64,000 bases of DNA, from NCBI GenBank assembly GCA_964518505.1, contig CAZFGT010000005.1, forward strand, positions 20,358 to 84,357, read 5' to 3'. The position numbers were made by a program, and so were the translations under genes. The notes under the pieces are model-generated. The model did no database searches and was not told the origin of the DNA. It was given only the letters and a program-made list of their open reading frames with translations. Within the stretch, counting starts at the first letter, position 1, and each line of letters starts with the position of its first letter. Shown here piece by piece: positions 39,907-49,591 of the stretch. Source of the stretch: an uncultured Anaerolineaceae bacterium (GTDB lineage Bacteria; Chloroflexota; Limnocylindria; Limnocylindrales; CSP1-4).

Positions 39907-41508
39907 GTGACGCTCGTCGCCTTCATCGTCGTGGCCGGCACGGGCGCCGCGGCCTGGTGGATGGTCGGCCGGTGGCCGCCGCTGCGCACCATCGTGGGCC
40001 TCGTGGCCCTGGCCGCGTGCGTCGTGCTGGCGCGCCTGTTGCCGAGCGGCCCCGTGATCCTCTTCGGCGACGACGCGCTCCAGACGACGAACTTCCTGCG
40101 CCTCTGGCTGCTGAGCGGCTCGGCGGCTGCACTGCTGCTGACGCTGCTGGCCGAGACCCTTGGCCGATCCACCCGCGTCGCTCCGGCTGCGCTCGTCCTG
40201 CTCGCGGGGACGGCCGCGGCGCTCTCCCTGACCGATGCCGCCGGTGCGCTGCTGCTGGTCGTGGCCACCACGACGCTCGTTGGCATGGTGGCCCTCAGCG
40301 ACCGGCCGGGGCGGCCTGGTCCGGAGCTGCTCGGCGTCCTGCGGCTGCCCATCGCCGTGGCCGTGTTGGGGCTGCTGGGCATCGCCTGGGCCTCGGTCGG
40401 CGGCCTGGGTGAACAGCCCACGACGATGCTGGCCGCCTTCGCCCTGGTCGGCGCGGCGCTCGTCCTGGGCACTGGCGCGGTGCCCTTCCACCTGCCGCTG
40501 GCCCGCCAGGGTGAGGCCGTGGCGCGGCCGCTGCTGCCGCTCGTCCTTGGCTGGCTGCCGGCCCTCCTGGCGGTCGTCCTGCTCGAGTGGTCGGGCGTCC
40601 GGCTCGTGCCGCTCGACCCGGACCTGGGGTTGGTCCGTGCCGCGCTCCTTGCGCTGGCCCTCCTGACGCTCGGCGCGGCTACGGTCGCCATGCTGCTCCA
40701 GGAGGACCTGGGCCACGTCGTGGCGTATGCGGGCCTCCAGGGCCTGGCCCTGGGGCTGCTGGGCTATGCCAGCGTCGACGGCTCGGCCGTGACCGGCGCC
40801 CGCGCGGTGCTGCTGCTGCTGCCCCTGTGGCTGGCGGCGCTCGTAGGCGTGCTGCTCGTCCTGGAGACGATGGGCGGCGGCTCCGACCTCAAGGCGCTGA
40901 GCGGCTGGGTGCGCCGGGCGCCGGTCACGGCCGTCGCGCTGACGATCGCCGTCGCGGTCGCCATCGGGTTGCCCGGATCGGCCGCCTTCGAGGCACGCCG
41001 CGCGGTCACCGATGTCGCCCTGGGTTCGACCTTCGGCACGGTGGCCCTGCTGCTGGTGGTCGCCTCGGTGACGGCGTGGCTGCGGCTGGCATGGGAGGGC
41101 CTGCGGCCGACCGGTGCGGAATGGGGCGCCGCGGAGCGCCCGAACGTGGAGGCGGCTCGCAGCGGGCCTGGACTCGCCCGCGCGCGCGGACTGCTGGCCG
41201 CGAACCGCATCCCGATCGCGGCCGTGCTGGCGCTGGCGCTGGCCATCCTGCCGCTCGCCTTGAGCCTGGGCTTCGGGCACCTGGAGGCGGCCGCGGCGGG
41301 CCCGAACCCGGCGGCCAGCGTGCGTCCGGTGGCGCCGACGCCCACCCCGAGCCCGACCATCACGCCGCAGTCGACGCCCTCGCCCACCACCACGCCACCG
41401 ACCGGCTTCCCGCCGACCCCCACACCGGGCCTCCCCTCCGGTTCCCCCGCCCCGACCCAGACACCCGGCGCGTCAAGTCCGGCGCCGACCTCCTCGATCG
41501 GCGACTAG
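39907..41508 (+). CDS. hypothetical large polytopic membrane protein, weakly NuoN/Mrp-like, with Pro/Thr-rich C-terminal tail
   Basis: 533 aa, 12+ TM helices. Tail is PTPTPSPTITPQSTPSPTTTPPTGFPPTPTPGLPSGSPAPTQTPGASSPAPT. Resemblance to Complex-I antiporter-like subunits is weak and judged by eye only. Confidence 0.35.
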   Translation: MTLVAFIVVAGTGAAAWWMVGRWPPLRTIVGLVALAACVVLARLLPSGPVILFGDDALQTTNFLRLWLLSGSAAALLLTLLAETLGRSTRVAPAALVLLAGTAAALSLTDAAGALLLVVATTTLVGMVALSDRPGRPGPELLGVLRLPIAVAVLGLLGIAWASVGGLGEQPTTMLAAFALVGAALVLGTGAVPFHLPLARQGEAVARPLLPLVLGWLPALLAVVLLEWSGVRLVPLDPDLGLVRAALLALALLTLGAATVAMLLQEDLGHVVAYAGLQGLALGLLGYASVDGSAVTGARAVLLLLPLWLAALVGVLLVLETMGGGSDLKALSGWVRRAPVTAVALTIAVAVAIGLPGSAAFEARRAVTDVALGSTFGTVALLLVVASVTAWLRLAWEGLRPTGAEWGAAERPNVEAARSGPGLARARGLLAANRIPIAAVLALALAILPLALSLGFGHLEAAAAGPNPAASVRPVAPTPTPSPTITPQSTPSPTTTPPTGFPPTPTPGLPSGSPAPTQTPGASSPAPTSSIGD

Positions 41509-41799
41509 CGGGCGGGCGCGCTCGCCGGCCTCGCTGGCGGCTGGCCCGCCGGCGTTTGCATGCAGCGATGCAACAGATGGCGGGGGAAGGGCCGTTTCGG
41601 CGGCACGCCGACCTGCCGCGCTACCCCTGTTGCATGGGATGCGCGATGCGACCGATGTGACCGGGCTCAGGTGTCGTCCGTTTCACGAGGCGAGACAGAT
41701 GACGGCCGTGCCCTCCGTCGCGGTGCGTTCCGGCGTCGCGTGCGTCGCGGCGTGCAAAGCACGGCCAAGACACGCGCGGCCGGCCCGGTGCGGGGGCGA

Positions 41800-42264
41800 T
41801 CAGCCCTCGGCGGGGGCGTTGACCCAGCGGTCGATGTCGCGGTCGTAGGCCAGGAGCTCGGCCGGCCGGAACCACAGCGCGAGCTCCTGGACGGCCGTCT
41901 CGGGCCCGTCCGAGGCATGGACCAGGTTCTGCGCCGTCTCCACGGCGAAGTCGCCACGGATCGTGCCGGGGGCGGCCTGGGCGGGGCGCGTCGCGCCGTT
42001 GATGGTGCGCACGATGGCGATCGCGTCGGGGCCCTCGAGGGCGACGGCCACGAGTGGCCCGGTCGTGATGAACGCGACCAGACCGGCGAAGAACGGCTTG
42101 TCGCGGTGCACGGCGTAGTGGGCCTCTGCCAGCGCCCGGTCGATGTGGACGAGCTTGAGGCCGATGATCTTGAGCCCGCGCTCCTCGTACCGTGACAGGA
42201 CGCGACCGACGAGCTGGCGCTGGACGCCATCGGGCTTGATGAGGACGAGGGTTCGTTCGATCAC
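41800..42264 (-). CDS. ndk: nucleoside diphosphate kinase
   Basis: MIERTLVLIKPDGVQRQLVGRVLSRYEERGLKIIGLK ... NLVHASDGPETA, with the active-site His region (histidine in NLVHASDG). Confidence 0.9.
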   Translation of the reverse strand: MIERTLVLIKPDGVQRQLVGRVLSRYEERGLKIIGLKLVHIDRALAEAHYAVHRDKPFFAGLVAFITTGPLVAVALEGPDAIAIVRTINGATRPAQAAPGTIRGDFAVETAQNLVHASDGPETAVQELALWFRPAELLAYDRDIDRWVNAPAEG

Positions 42265-43031
42265 GTGGTTTCCTCTCGTGGGGCCGCGTCGACGAGGGCG
42301 CGGCGAGATCCCTGGAACGCGGCCGACGCCTCATTGGCCCGGCCAAGGAGCCGGAGGGCATCGCCACGGACGAGCTGGAGGGCGGCCGCTGCGGGGCCGG
42401 TCGGCCCGGTCGCGGCCAGGGCGCGCTCCGCGACGGACAGGGTCATGGCGGCCAGGGCGGGCTCCTCGCGCAGGACGACGCCCAGGAGGCCGGCTGCGGC
42501 GAGCGCGTGGCCTCCGTCCAGGGCGGCTTCGGCGGCTGCCATGTCGTCGCTCGGGCGCGGCACCGCAGCGGCGGCATGGACGGCCGGCACGGCCGCGGGG
42601 GCGGAGGCGGCCGCCACGGAGGCAGCAGGTGCCGCGCCCCCGTGCCGGCCGGGCCAGGCGTTGGAGCGGGGATGGCCAGCGAACACGCGGTCCAGGGCGG
42701 CCTCATCCACGTCGGCCCGCGCCAGCACCCGCTGCGCGAGCCGCCGGGCGTCGCGGTGATCGCCGGCGGCGGCGAGCGACTCGATGACCACCACTTCAGC
42801 CAGCACCTGGTCGCCCCCCTGGTCCAGGTGGACCCGAGCGGCGTCCGCGGCCCCGCCCAGGTCGCCACCGCGCCAGCGTGCCTCGGCCAGGTCAGCCCAG
42901 GCTGGGGTACCGAGCTCGCCTCGACCGGCCAGCGCCTCCAGCTCGACGCGAGCCAGGGCCGGCAGGCCGGTGCGCAGGTGCAGGTGCGCCATCCGGGTCG
43001 TGACGGCGGCCTCGTTCACGGCAGCGTTCAT
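42261..43031 (-). CDS. Ala-rich hypothetical protein (256 aa), coupled to upstream M16 peptidase gene (ATGA overlap)
   Basis: Starts MNAAVNEAAVTTRMAHLHLRTGLPALARVELEALAGRGEL. Helical, repeat-like (TPR-like?) character. Continuous with the peptidase gene. Confidence 0.4.
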   Translation of the reverse strand: MNAAVNEAAVTTRMAHLHLRTGLPALARVELEALAGRGELGTPAWADLAEARWRGGDLGGAADAARVHLDQGGDQVLAEVVVIESLAAAGDHRDARRLAQRVLARADVDEAALDRVFAGHPRSNAWPGRHGGAAPAASVAAASAPAAVPAVHAAAAVPRPSDDMAAAEAALDGGHALAAAGLLGVVLREEPALAAMTLSVAERALAATGPTGPAAAALQLVRGDALRLLGRANEASAAFQGSRRALVDAAPREETT

Positions 43032-44296
43032 GGCAGGTGGAGCGCCGGCTCCAGGTCGGGCGCCTTGGTGCCATGCGGAGCCACGACCGCGAGGCACAGG
43101 CCGGGGTCCTGGAAGAGCCGGCCCGCCAGCTCCTGGATCATGTCGGCGGAGACCCCTTGGAGCGCGGCGAGCGCGTCGTCGAGGGTCAGCACGCGGTCGT
43201 GCAGGGCCTCCTGCACGCCCAGCCACGAGACCAGGTGGCGGCCCTCCTCCAGGCGAAGCTCCAGGTGCCCCGCGGTGAACCGCTTGGCCTTCTCGAGCTC
43301 CGCGGCGGGGACGAGTTCGTCGCGCATGCGGGCCAGCTCGGCGACGATGGCGCGGACGGCCTGGCCGAGGACGTCGGGGTCTACCCCGGCGTAGATCTGG
43401 AGCGTGCCGCAGTCGGCGTAGTCGGCCTGGAAGCTGTGCACGTCGTAGGCCAGACCGGCGTCCTCGCGCAGGTTGAGGAAGAGCCGACTGCTGGAGCCAT
43501 CGCCCAGGACCGTGTTGAGCACCTCCAGCGTCCACGCGTCGGGATGGTCGCGCCGCAGGCCCGGCAGGCCCAGCACGAGGTGCGCCTGCTGCCCCTCCCG
43601 TTCGTCAAGCCGGACGCGCGGCCCGACCGGGCCCGATGGCGCCGGGGCCCAGCCAGGCACCGGCCCATTGCCGCGCCCGAAGGCCTCGGCCACCAATCCC
43701 ACGACCTCCTCGTGGGCCATGTCGGCGGCCACCGCCACGACGGTGTTGGCCGGCCGGTAGCTGGCGGCCCAGAAGGCCCGGATCTCGTCGCCGCTCAGGT
43801 TGCGCACGGTGGTCTCGTCGCCGGCGATCTCGCGGCCCAGGCTGGTGTCGCCGAAGAACTGCTCGTCGAAGACGTTGAAGACGAACTGGCTGGCGTCGTC
43901 ATGGTAGGAGCGGATCTCCTCCACGATGACGTCCCGCTCGCGGTCGATCTCGTGGTCACGCAGGAGTGGCCGGACGATCAGCTCGCCCAGCATCTGGACA
44001 CCGCGCTGCGCCTCGCGCAGCGGCAGGCGAGCCCAGTAGACGGTGGACTCGCGGTCGGTCGCGGCGTTGCTGGAGCCGCCCACGCCCTCGATCGCCTCGG
44101 ACACGGCACGCGTGGTGGGGAAGGCGGCCGTGCCCCGGAAGGTCAGGTGCTCCATGAAATGGGCCACGCCCGCCTGCTCACGTCGCTCGAGGCGCGAGCC
44201 GGCCAGGACGTATGCGGCCACGGAGAACGCGCGCGAGCCGGGCAGGCGCGCCGAGATGACGCGCGGCCCGTCGGGCAACGCGGTCCGTTCGTACAT
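43028..44296 (-). CDS. M16 family zinc metallopeptidase (pitrilysin/insulinase-like)
   Basis: Inverted zinc motif HFMEH (HxxEH) near the N-terminus and the downstream conserved Glu region (VIVEEI). 422 aa. Confidence 0.8.
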   Translation of the reverse strand: MYERTALPDGPRVISARLPGSRAFSVAAYVLAGSRLERREQAGVAHFMEHLTFRGTAAFPTTRAVSEAIEGVGGSSNAATDRESTVYWARLPLREAQRGVQMLGELIVRPLLRDHEIDRERDVIVEEIRSYHDDASQFVFNVFDEQFFGDTSLGREIAGDETTVRNLSGDEIRAFWAASYRPANTVVAVAADMAHEEVVGLVAEAFGRGNGPVPGWAPAPSGPVGPRVRLDEREGQQAHLVLGLPGLRRDHPDAWTLEVLNTVLGDGSSSRLFLNLREDAGLAYDVHSFQADYADCGTLQIYAGVDPDVLGQAVRAIVAELARMRDELVPAAELEKAKRFTAGHLELRLEEGRHLVSWLGVQEALHDRVLTLDDALAALQGVSADMIQELAGRLFQDPGLCLAVVAPHGTKAPDLEPALHLP

Positions 44297-44356
44297 CGCC
44301 GGGATGGTACAGGACCGGCGCCGGCGCCCCCGCAGGAGGCGCCGGAGCCGGTCGAC

Positions 44357-45697
44357 CTACTTGGGCAGGATCGAGGAGATCCAGTCCTGGGCGAAGAAGA
44401 TGACGAAGCCGGCCGAGACCAGCCACATCAGCCAATGGACCTCGGCGAACTTGCCCCGGACGACCTTGATGAGGACCCAGCTGATGAAGCCGGCCCCGAT
44501 GCCCACCGTGATGTCGTACGTGAGCGGCATCAGGATGATCGTCAGGAGCGCCGGCAGGCCGTCCTCGAAGTCGGCCACGTTGATGTCCTTGATCAGGGTG
44601 AACATCAGGTAGCCCACGAGCACGAGGGCGGGCGCCGTGGCCTGGGCGGGCACGATGCCCGCGATCGGCGACAGGAGGATGGCCAGCAGGAAGAGCACGC
44701 CGGTGACCACCGAGGTCAGGCCGGTCTTGCCCCCTTCGGCCACGCCCGCGGCGCTCTCGATGTAGGTCGTGTTGGAGCTGACCCCGGCCAGGCCGCCGGC
44801 GATGGCCGCGACGCTGTCCACCAGCAGGATGCGTCCGACGCCGGGCACGGAGCCGTCAGGCCTCGAGAGGCCGGCTTCGGCGGCGATGCCCGTGACGGTA
44901 CCCATCGTGTCGAAGAAGTCCGACAGCATGATGGCGAAGACGACGAGCACGGCCGACAGCACGCCCAACTTGGCGAAGGCCTGGAACGGATCCTGCAGGC
45001 CCAGGCCCAGGGTGTTGAAGCTGACGGTCGCGACCAGGGGACTGGGGACCGAGGCCACGCCGAGGACGATGGCCACGACGGTCGTGACCAGGATGCTGAT
45101 GATGAGGGCCGCCCGGACGTGGAGCGCCCACAGGGCGAACGTGATGACGAGTCCCAGCAGGAACACGAACTGCCCGACGGTCGTGGGGAAGGCCAGACCC
45201 ACGATCGGCGTCCCGCCAGCGGGCGTCACGATCATGCCGCCGTTGGCGAAGCCGATGAACAGGATGAAGAGTCCGATGCCGACCCCGATCGACTTCTTGA
45301 GGGCCAGCGGCACCGCGTTCATGATGGCTTCCCGGGCGCCCAGCACGACCAGGATCGTGATGGCCACGCCCTCGAGCACGATGACGCCCATCGCGCCGGC
45401 CGGGGTGAGGCCCTTGGCCGGCAGGCTGAACGCGACCAGGGCGTTGATGCCGAGCCCCGCGGCCAGGGCGAACGGGTAGTTCGCCACGAGGCCCATGCTG
45501 ATGGTCATGATGCCGGCCACCAACGCCGTCCCGGCGGAGACGGACGCCGGATCGAGCCCCAGCGGCTTGGCGATGATGTTGGGGTTCAAGAAGATGATGT
45601 AGGACATGACCATGAACGTGGTCAGGCCCGCGCGGACCTCCGTGCCCACGGTCGTGCCGCGTTCGGACAGCTTGAAGAATGACGCGATCGCGTCCAC
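44357..45697 (-). CDS. NCS2-family purine permease (AzgA/PbuG-like guanine/hypoxanthine transporter)
   Basis: 446 aa starting MDAIASFFKLSERGTTVGTEVRAGLTTFMVMSYIIFLNP. The profile is characteristic of AzgA-type permeases. Confidence 0.85.
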   Translation of the reverse strand: MDAIASFFKLSERGTTVGTEVRAGLTTFMVMSYIIFLNPNIIAKPLGLDPASVSAGTALVAGIMTISMGLVANYPFALAAGLGINALVAFSLPAKGLTPAGAMGVIVLEGVAITILVVLGAREAIMNAVPLALKKSIGVGIGLFILFIGFANGGMIVTPAGGTPIVGLAFPTTVGQFVFLLGLVITFALWALHVRAALIISILVTTVVAIVLGVASVPSPLVATVSFNTLGLGLQDPFQAFAKLGVLSAVLVVFAIMLSDFFDTMGTVTGIAAEAGLSRPDGSVPGVGRILLVDSVAAIAGGLAGVSSNTTYIESAAGVAEGGKTGLTSVVTGVLFLLAILLSPIAGIVPAQATAPALVLVGYLMFTLIKDINVADFEDGLPALLTIILMPLTYDITVGIGAGFISWVLIKVVRGKFAEVHWLMWLVSAGFVIFFAQDWISSILPK

Positions 45698-45766
45698 CGA
45701 CGTCGTGCCCTCCTATCCCACTCCTGCGCCGCCGGCGACCCATCCGCCGGCTCGGCGCTCCCTCCG

Positions 45767-46245
45767 CTAGTTCGACCCCCCGGTCAGCGGTCCGCTCTCG
45801 GGCCCGCTCGGCGCATCTCCACCGTCGAGCCCGCTCAGCTCCATCTGGACGAAGCCGTCCGGCTGGAAGCGGAACGTCTGCTGGACTCCGGGTTCGCCCG
45901 CCATCGACGGCGCGAACTCGACGACGACCTTCTCGTCCCCCTGGACGAGCGTGTAGACCAGCAGCTGGTCGGGCCGCGTCTCGAACTCGAGGTGCTCGAA
46001 GGAGTCCACGTTGAGGCAGATCGAAAGAGGCGTGAAGAAGGTGGAGATCTCAGGGTGGTCCGACACGATGCGCTCGACCCAGCCGGTACCGTGGGCGACC
46101 AGGGCCTGGCCGCGGTAGTAGCGGTAACCGACCGTCTGGCGCAGCAGCGGCCGGAGGAGGTTGTGGATGTCCGTTCGACTCGAGACCAGGCCGCTGTTGA
46201 CGAAGAACTTGGCGGGCTGGTCGAGCGACACGCTACTCCTCAGCG
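45767..46245 (-). CDS. DUF3090-like protein (start uncertain; the track ORF N-terminus overlaps coaX on the other strand)
   Basis: Conserved C-terminal block (FFVNSGLVSSRTDIHNLLRPLLRQTVGYRYYRGQALVAHGTGWVERIVSDHPEISTFFTPLSI...). The recognised family is small and of unknown function. Confidence 0.5.
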
Positions 46246-46328
46246 GGGCGCGAAAACCGGATCGGGGAACCCCACGATGGTAGCCGAGGGCGGCGGGCCG
46301 GACAAGGCGTCCGCGTATCATCCTGCCC

Positions 46329-47135
46329 ATGCTCCTGGCCGTCGATGCGGGCAACACGAACCTGACGCTGGCGCTCGCGTCGGGCGGTGATCCCGCCTCG
46401 CTCGGGCGCCTGCGGCGGGCCGGCAGCCGGCGCGACGTCACCGCGGACGAGCTGGAGGCATCGCTCGATGGGCTGCTGCGGCTTGACGGCCACGCCCTGA
46501 CCGACGTACAGGCCATCGTGGCCGCCTCCGTCGTGCCCGCCTACACCGCCGCGTTCGATGCCATCGCCAGCCGCCGCGGCATCCCCATCCTGCACGCCAG
46601 CACCGCCACGGTGCCCATCGGCGTGCGCCTGGACCGGCCCGATGACGCCGGCGCCGACCGCCTCGTCAACGCCTACGCCGTCGGCCGGCTGTACGGACGG
46701 CCGGCCATCGTCCTCGACTTCGGGACGGCCACCACCCTCGACGTGGTGGGGCCCGACGGCACGTACCTGGGCGGCTCGATCGCACCCGGCCTGGAGCTGG
46801 GCATGGAGGCCCTCGCCACGCGCACCGCGCGGCTGCCGCGCATCGAGCTGCGGCGCCCTGAACGGGCCATCGGCCGCGACACCGTCAGTGCCATGCAGGC
46901 AGGCACCGTCCTGGGGTACCTGGGCCTGACCCGCGAGTTACTGGCGCGCACCCGCGACGAGCTGGTGGCCGAATTCGGGGAGTTGCCCATCCACATCGTG
47001 CTGACGGGCGGGCTGGCGAACGCGCCGTGGGTCGAGGGCCTGGAGGACATCGAGGCCATCGATCCAGCGCTGACGCTCAAGGGCCTGGTCCTGCTGTTCG
47101 CCGAGGTCGGCACGGACCGCCGGCGCACCTCGTGA
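46329..47135 (+). CDS. coaX: type III pantothenate kinase
   Basis: MLLAVDAGNTNLTLAL ... ADRLVNAYAV ... IVLDFGTATTLDVV ... TGGLA. Acetate/sugar kinase-fold motifs of CoaX. Confidence 0.85.
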   Translation: MLLAVDAGNTNLTLALASGGDPASLGRLRRAGSRRDVTADELEASLDGLLRLDGHALTDVQAIVAASVVPAYTAAFDAIASRRGIPILHASTATVPIGVRLDRPDDAGADRLVNAYAVGRLYGRPAIVLDFGTATTLDVVGPDGTYLGGSIAPGLELGMEALATRTARLPRIELRRPERAIGRDTVSAMQAGTVLGYLGLTRELLARTRDELVAEFGELPIHIVLTGGLANAPWVEGLEDIEAIDPALTLKGLVLLFAEVGTDRRRTS

Positions 47136-48436
47136 CCAAGGGCGAGGCGGGCGGCGGCCTCCCGCTGGAGGGCCGCTTCATCCTGCTGGGGGTGACGGGC
47201 TCGATCGCCGCCTACAAGGCGGCCGAGGTGACGCGGGCGCTCCAGGCGGCCGGGGCGGAGGTGCAGGCCGCCATGACGCCCAGCGCGACGCACTTCCTGG
47301 GCCCCCTCACGCTGGCCGCCCTGACGCGTCGCCAGGTGCTGCTGGATCCGCTCGAGTTGCTGCCCGACGAGCGCATCGCCCACATCGTGGCCGCCGACGC
47401 CGCCGACGCGGTGCTCGTCGCGCCCGCGACGGCCCACTGGCTGGCCGCCATGGCCAACGGCCTGGCCGGCGATGCCATCACGGCCGCCTGTCTGGCGACG
47501 GCCGCGCCGGTGATCGTGGCCCCCGCCATGGACGGGGAGATGTATCTCCACCCGGCCACGCGCGCCAACGTGGCCACGCTCCAGGGCTTCGGCTACTCCA
47601 TCGTGGAGCCGGAGATGGGAGCGCTCGCCTCGGGCCAGACCGGGCAGGGCCGCCTGGCCGAGACCTCGCACCTCGTGGCGGCCGTCGTGAAGGCCACGGC
47701 CGGCCGGCCGGTGCGGGCCCCCGATGCCGCTTCGCGCCCGCCCGTCGACCCGACCCTGCACGAGCGCGACCTCGAGGGACGCCGGGTGCTCGTGACCGCC
47801 GGCGGCACGGCCGAGCCGATCGACCCCGTACGCTACATCGGGAACCGCTCCACGGGCCGCATGGGCGTCGCGGTGGCACAGGCGGCGCTCGCGCGCGGCG
47901 CGGCCGTGACGCTCATCGCCGGGCACACGTCGGTGGACCTGCCGGGCGAGGCGACGGTGGTGCAGGCCGAGACGACCGCGGCGATGGAGGCCGCCGTCCT
48001 GGAGGCGCTGCCGGGGTCCGATGTCCTGGTCATGGCGGCGGCCGTGGCCGACTTCCGGCCACGCTCCAACTCGGCGACCAAGCTGACGCGCGACGCCGGG
48101 CTGACGCTGGAACTGGAGCCCACCGATGACATCCTGGCCGCCGCGTCCGCGCTGGCCCATGAACGGTCGGGGCCCCGGCCCGTCATCGTCGGCTTCGCGG
48201 CCGAGACGGGCTCGCTGGATCGGGTCGCTGGCAAGGCCGCCCGCAAGCGGGTCGACCTGATGGTCGCGAACGACGTCACGGAGGATGGCTCGGGCTTCGG
48301 GACGGCCACCAACCGCGTCACGATGGTGGCGCCGGGTGAGGCACCGGAGCCCTGGCCGCTGCTGAGCAAGCGCGAGGTGGCCGACCGGCTGCTCGACCGG
48401 GTCGTGGCGCTGCTGGAGGCCCGCGGCCGCCCCTGA
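47132..48436 (+). CDS. coaBC: bifunctional phosphopantothenoylcysteine decarboxylase / phosphopantothenate-cysteine ligase; GTG start overlapping coaX stop
   Basis: Flavoprotein domain (ILLGVTGSIAAYKAAEVTRAL ... PAMDGEMY) and CoaB domain (VLVTAGGTAEPIDPVRYIGNRSTGRMG ... KLTR). Confidence 0.85.
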   Translation: MTKGEAGGGLPLEGRFILLGVTGSIAAYKAAEVTRALQAAGAEVQAAMTPSATHFLGPLTLAALTRRQVLLDPLELLPDERIAHIVAADAADAVLVAPATAHWLAAMANGLAGDAITAACLATAAPVIVAPAMDGEMYLHPATRANVATLQGFGYSIVEPEMGALASGQTGQGRLAETSHLVAAVVKATAGRPVRAPDAASRPPVDPTLHERDLEGRRVLVTAGGTAEPIDPVRYIGNRSTGRMGVAVAQAALARGAAVTLIAGHTSVDLPGEATVVQAETTAAMEAAVLEALPGSDVLVMAAAVADFRPRSNSATKLTRDAGLTLELEPTDDILAAASALAHERSGPRPVIVGFAAETGSLDRVAGKAARKRVDLMVANDVTEDGSGFGTATNRVTMVAPGEAPEPWPLLSKREVADRLLDRVVALLEARGRP

Positions 48437-48448
48437 CCGGGCCCTCGG

Positions 48449-49591
48449 TCAGCGCGCCGGCACGGGCTCCGAGAACGCGCCAAGGATGCGATCCACGTCG
48501 AGGTGTTCCGCCACGAGGGCCTTGATGAGCTCGATCTTGTCGCGGTCGTCCGGGTGCGTCTTGACCAGGAGGTCGTGGACCTCCGACGCCGCGTCGTACG
48601 TGTCCTCGCGGACGGCGTACATGAAGAGGTCGGCGTGGCGCGCGCTGGCGATGACGTCCGGGCTGGGCAGGTAGCCGCCCGTCAGCACGACGCCCGCCAT
48701 GGCCGAGCCCCGCAGGGCCGGGTCGCGGTTGGCGGCGCGGCGGGGCAGCTTGCCCGAGCGGACTGCGGCCACCGTCGCCCGCAGCACGTCGACGCGGTCG
48801 CCGGGCACGATCAGCAGGCTGCCCGGGCCCAGGCGCTCCATGACGTGCTCGGCCTGCATGGCCCCGATGGCGACGTGTTCGATGACCCGCCCCAGGTCCG
48901 GCCCGGGATGGAGGAGCTGGCCTGCGAGCTGCTCCGTGAGCATCGACAACGTGGGGTTGGACAGGAGCGGTCGGTAGGGCAGGACGCCCAGCAGCTCGAT
49001 CCCGTGGCGGGCCAGGCCGCGCTCCAGCACGGCGGCCAGGCTGGGGTGGGTGTCCAGGTCGACCTTGTTGACCACCGCGCCGACGACATCCACGCCATGG
49101 CGCTGGAACAGGGCGTGGTTGAGCACGATCTCGTCGATCGGGCGGCCGACGCCGGCCTCGCTGACGATGATGGCCCGCGCGCCGAGCATGGCCGCCACCT
49201 GCGCGTTCGACAGGTCGATCACCGAGCCCACCCCGGCATGGCCCGTGCCCTCCACCAGCAGGACGTCACGGTCCCGGGCCACGCGGTCATACGCGGCCCG
49301 GATGCGTGCCGGCAGGTCCTCCACCACTTCGCCACCGATGTACGCCTTGGTGAAGCCGCGGGGGATGTGGACCGGGCTGAGGGCGTCCAGGGCGTCGGGC
49401 AGGTCGAAGGCACTCTTCACGAGGATGGCGTCCTCATCGGCCGGCGTGCCATCGACCATCGCGTACCGCTGCCCGACCGGCTTGATGAAGCCCGTCCGCA
49501 GGCCGCGCCCGAAGAGTGCCGCCAGCAGGCCAAGGGAGACCGTCGTCTTGCCCCTGTTCATGCCCGTCGCGGCGAGGTACAGCTGGCGCAT
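48449..49591 (-). CDS. DRTGG-domain / phosphotransacetylase-N-terminal-like P-loop protein (BioD/CobQ-type NTP-binding fold)
   Basis: MRQLYLAATGMNRGKTTVSLGLLAAL ... LLVEGTGHAGVGSV ... a C-terminal DRTGG-like segment (GVVLTGG). No Pta catalytic domain follows. Confidence 0.55.
   Translation of the reverse strand: MRQLYLAATGMNRGKTTVSLGLLAALFGRGLRTGFIKPVGQRYAMVDGTPADEDAILVKSAFDLPDALDALSPVHIPRGFTKAYIGGEVVEDLPARIRAAYDRVARDRDVLLVEGTGHAGVGSVIDLSNAQVAAMLGARAIIVSEAGVGRPIDEIVLNHALFQRHGVDVVGAVVNKVDLDTHPSLAAVLERGLARHGIELLGVLPYRPLLSNPTLSMLTEQLAGQLLHPGPDLGRVIEHVAIGAMQAEHVMERLGPGSLLIVPGDRVDVLRATVAAVRSGKLPRRAANRDPALRGSAMAGVVLTGGYLPSPDVIASARHADLFMYAVREDTYDAASEVHDLLVKTHPDDRDKIELIKALVAEHLDVDRILGAFSEPVPAR

Noticed and set aside
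39190-41280. 696-aa minus-strand ORF
   Set aside because: It is antisense to two hydrophobic membrane-protein genes. The translation is extreme Arg/Gly/Asp/Gln low complexity (QRQRQHGRDRD...), which fits a GC-shadow frame.
43037-45682. 881-aa plus-strand ORF
   Set aside because: Antisense to the M16 peptidase and NCS2 permease genes, which have clear family signatures. Composition is low complexity.
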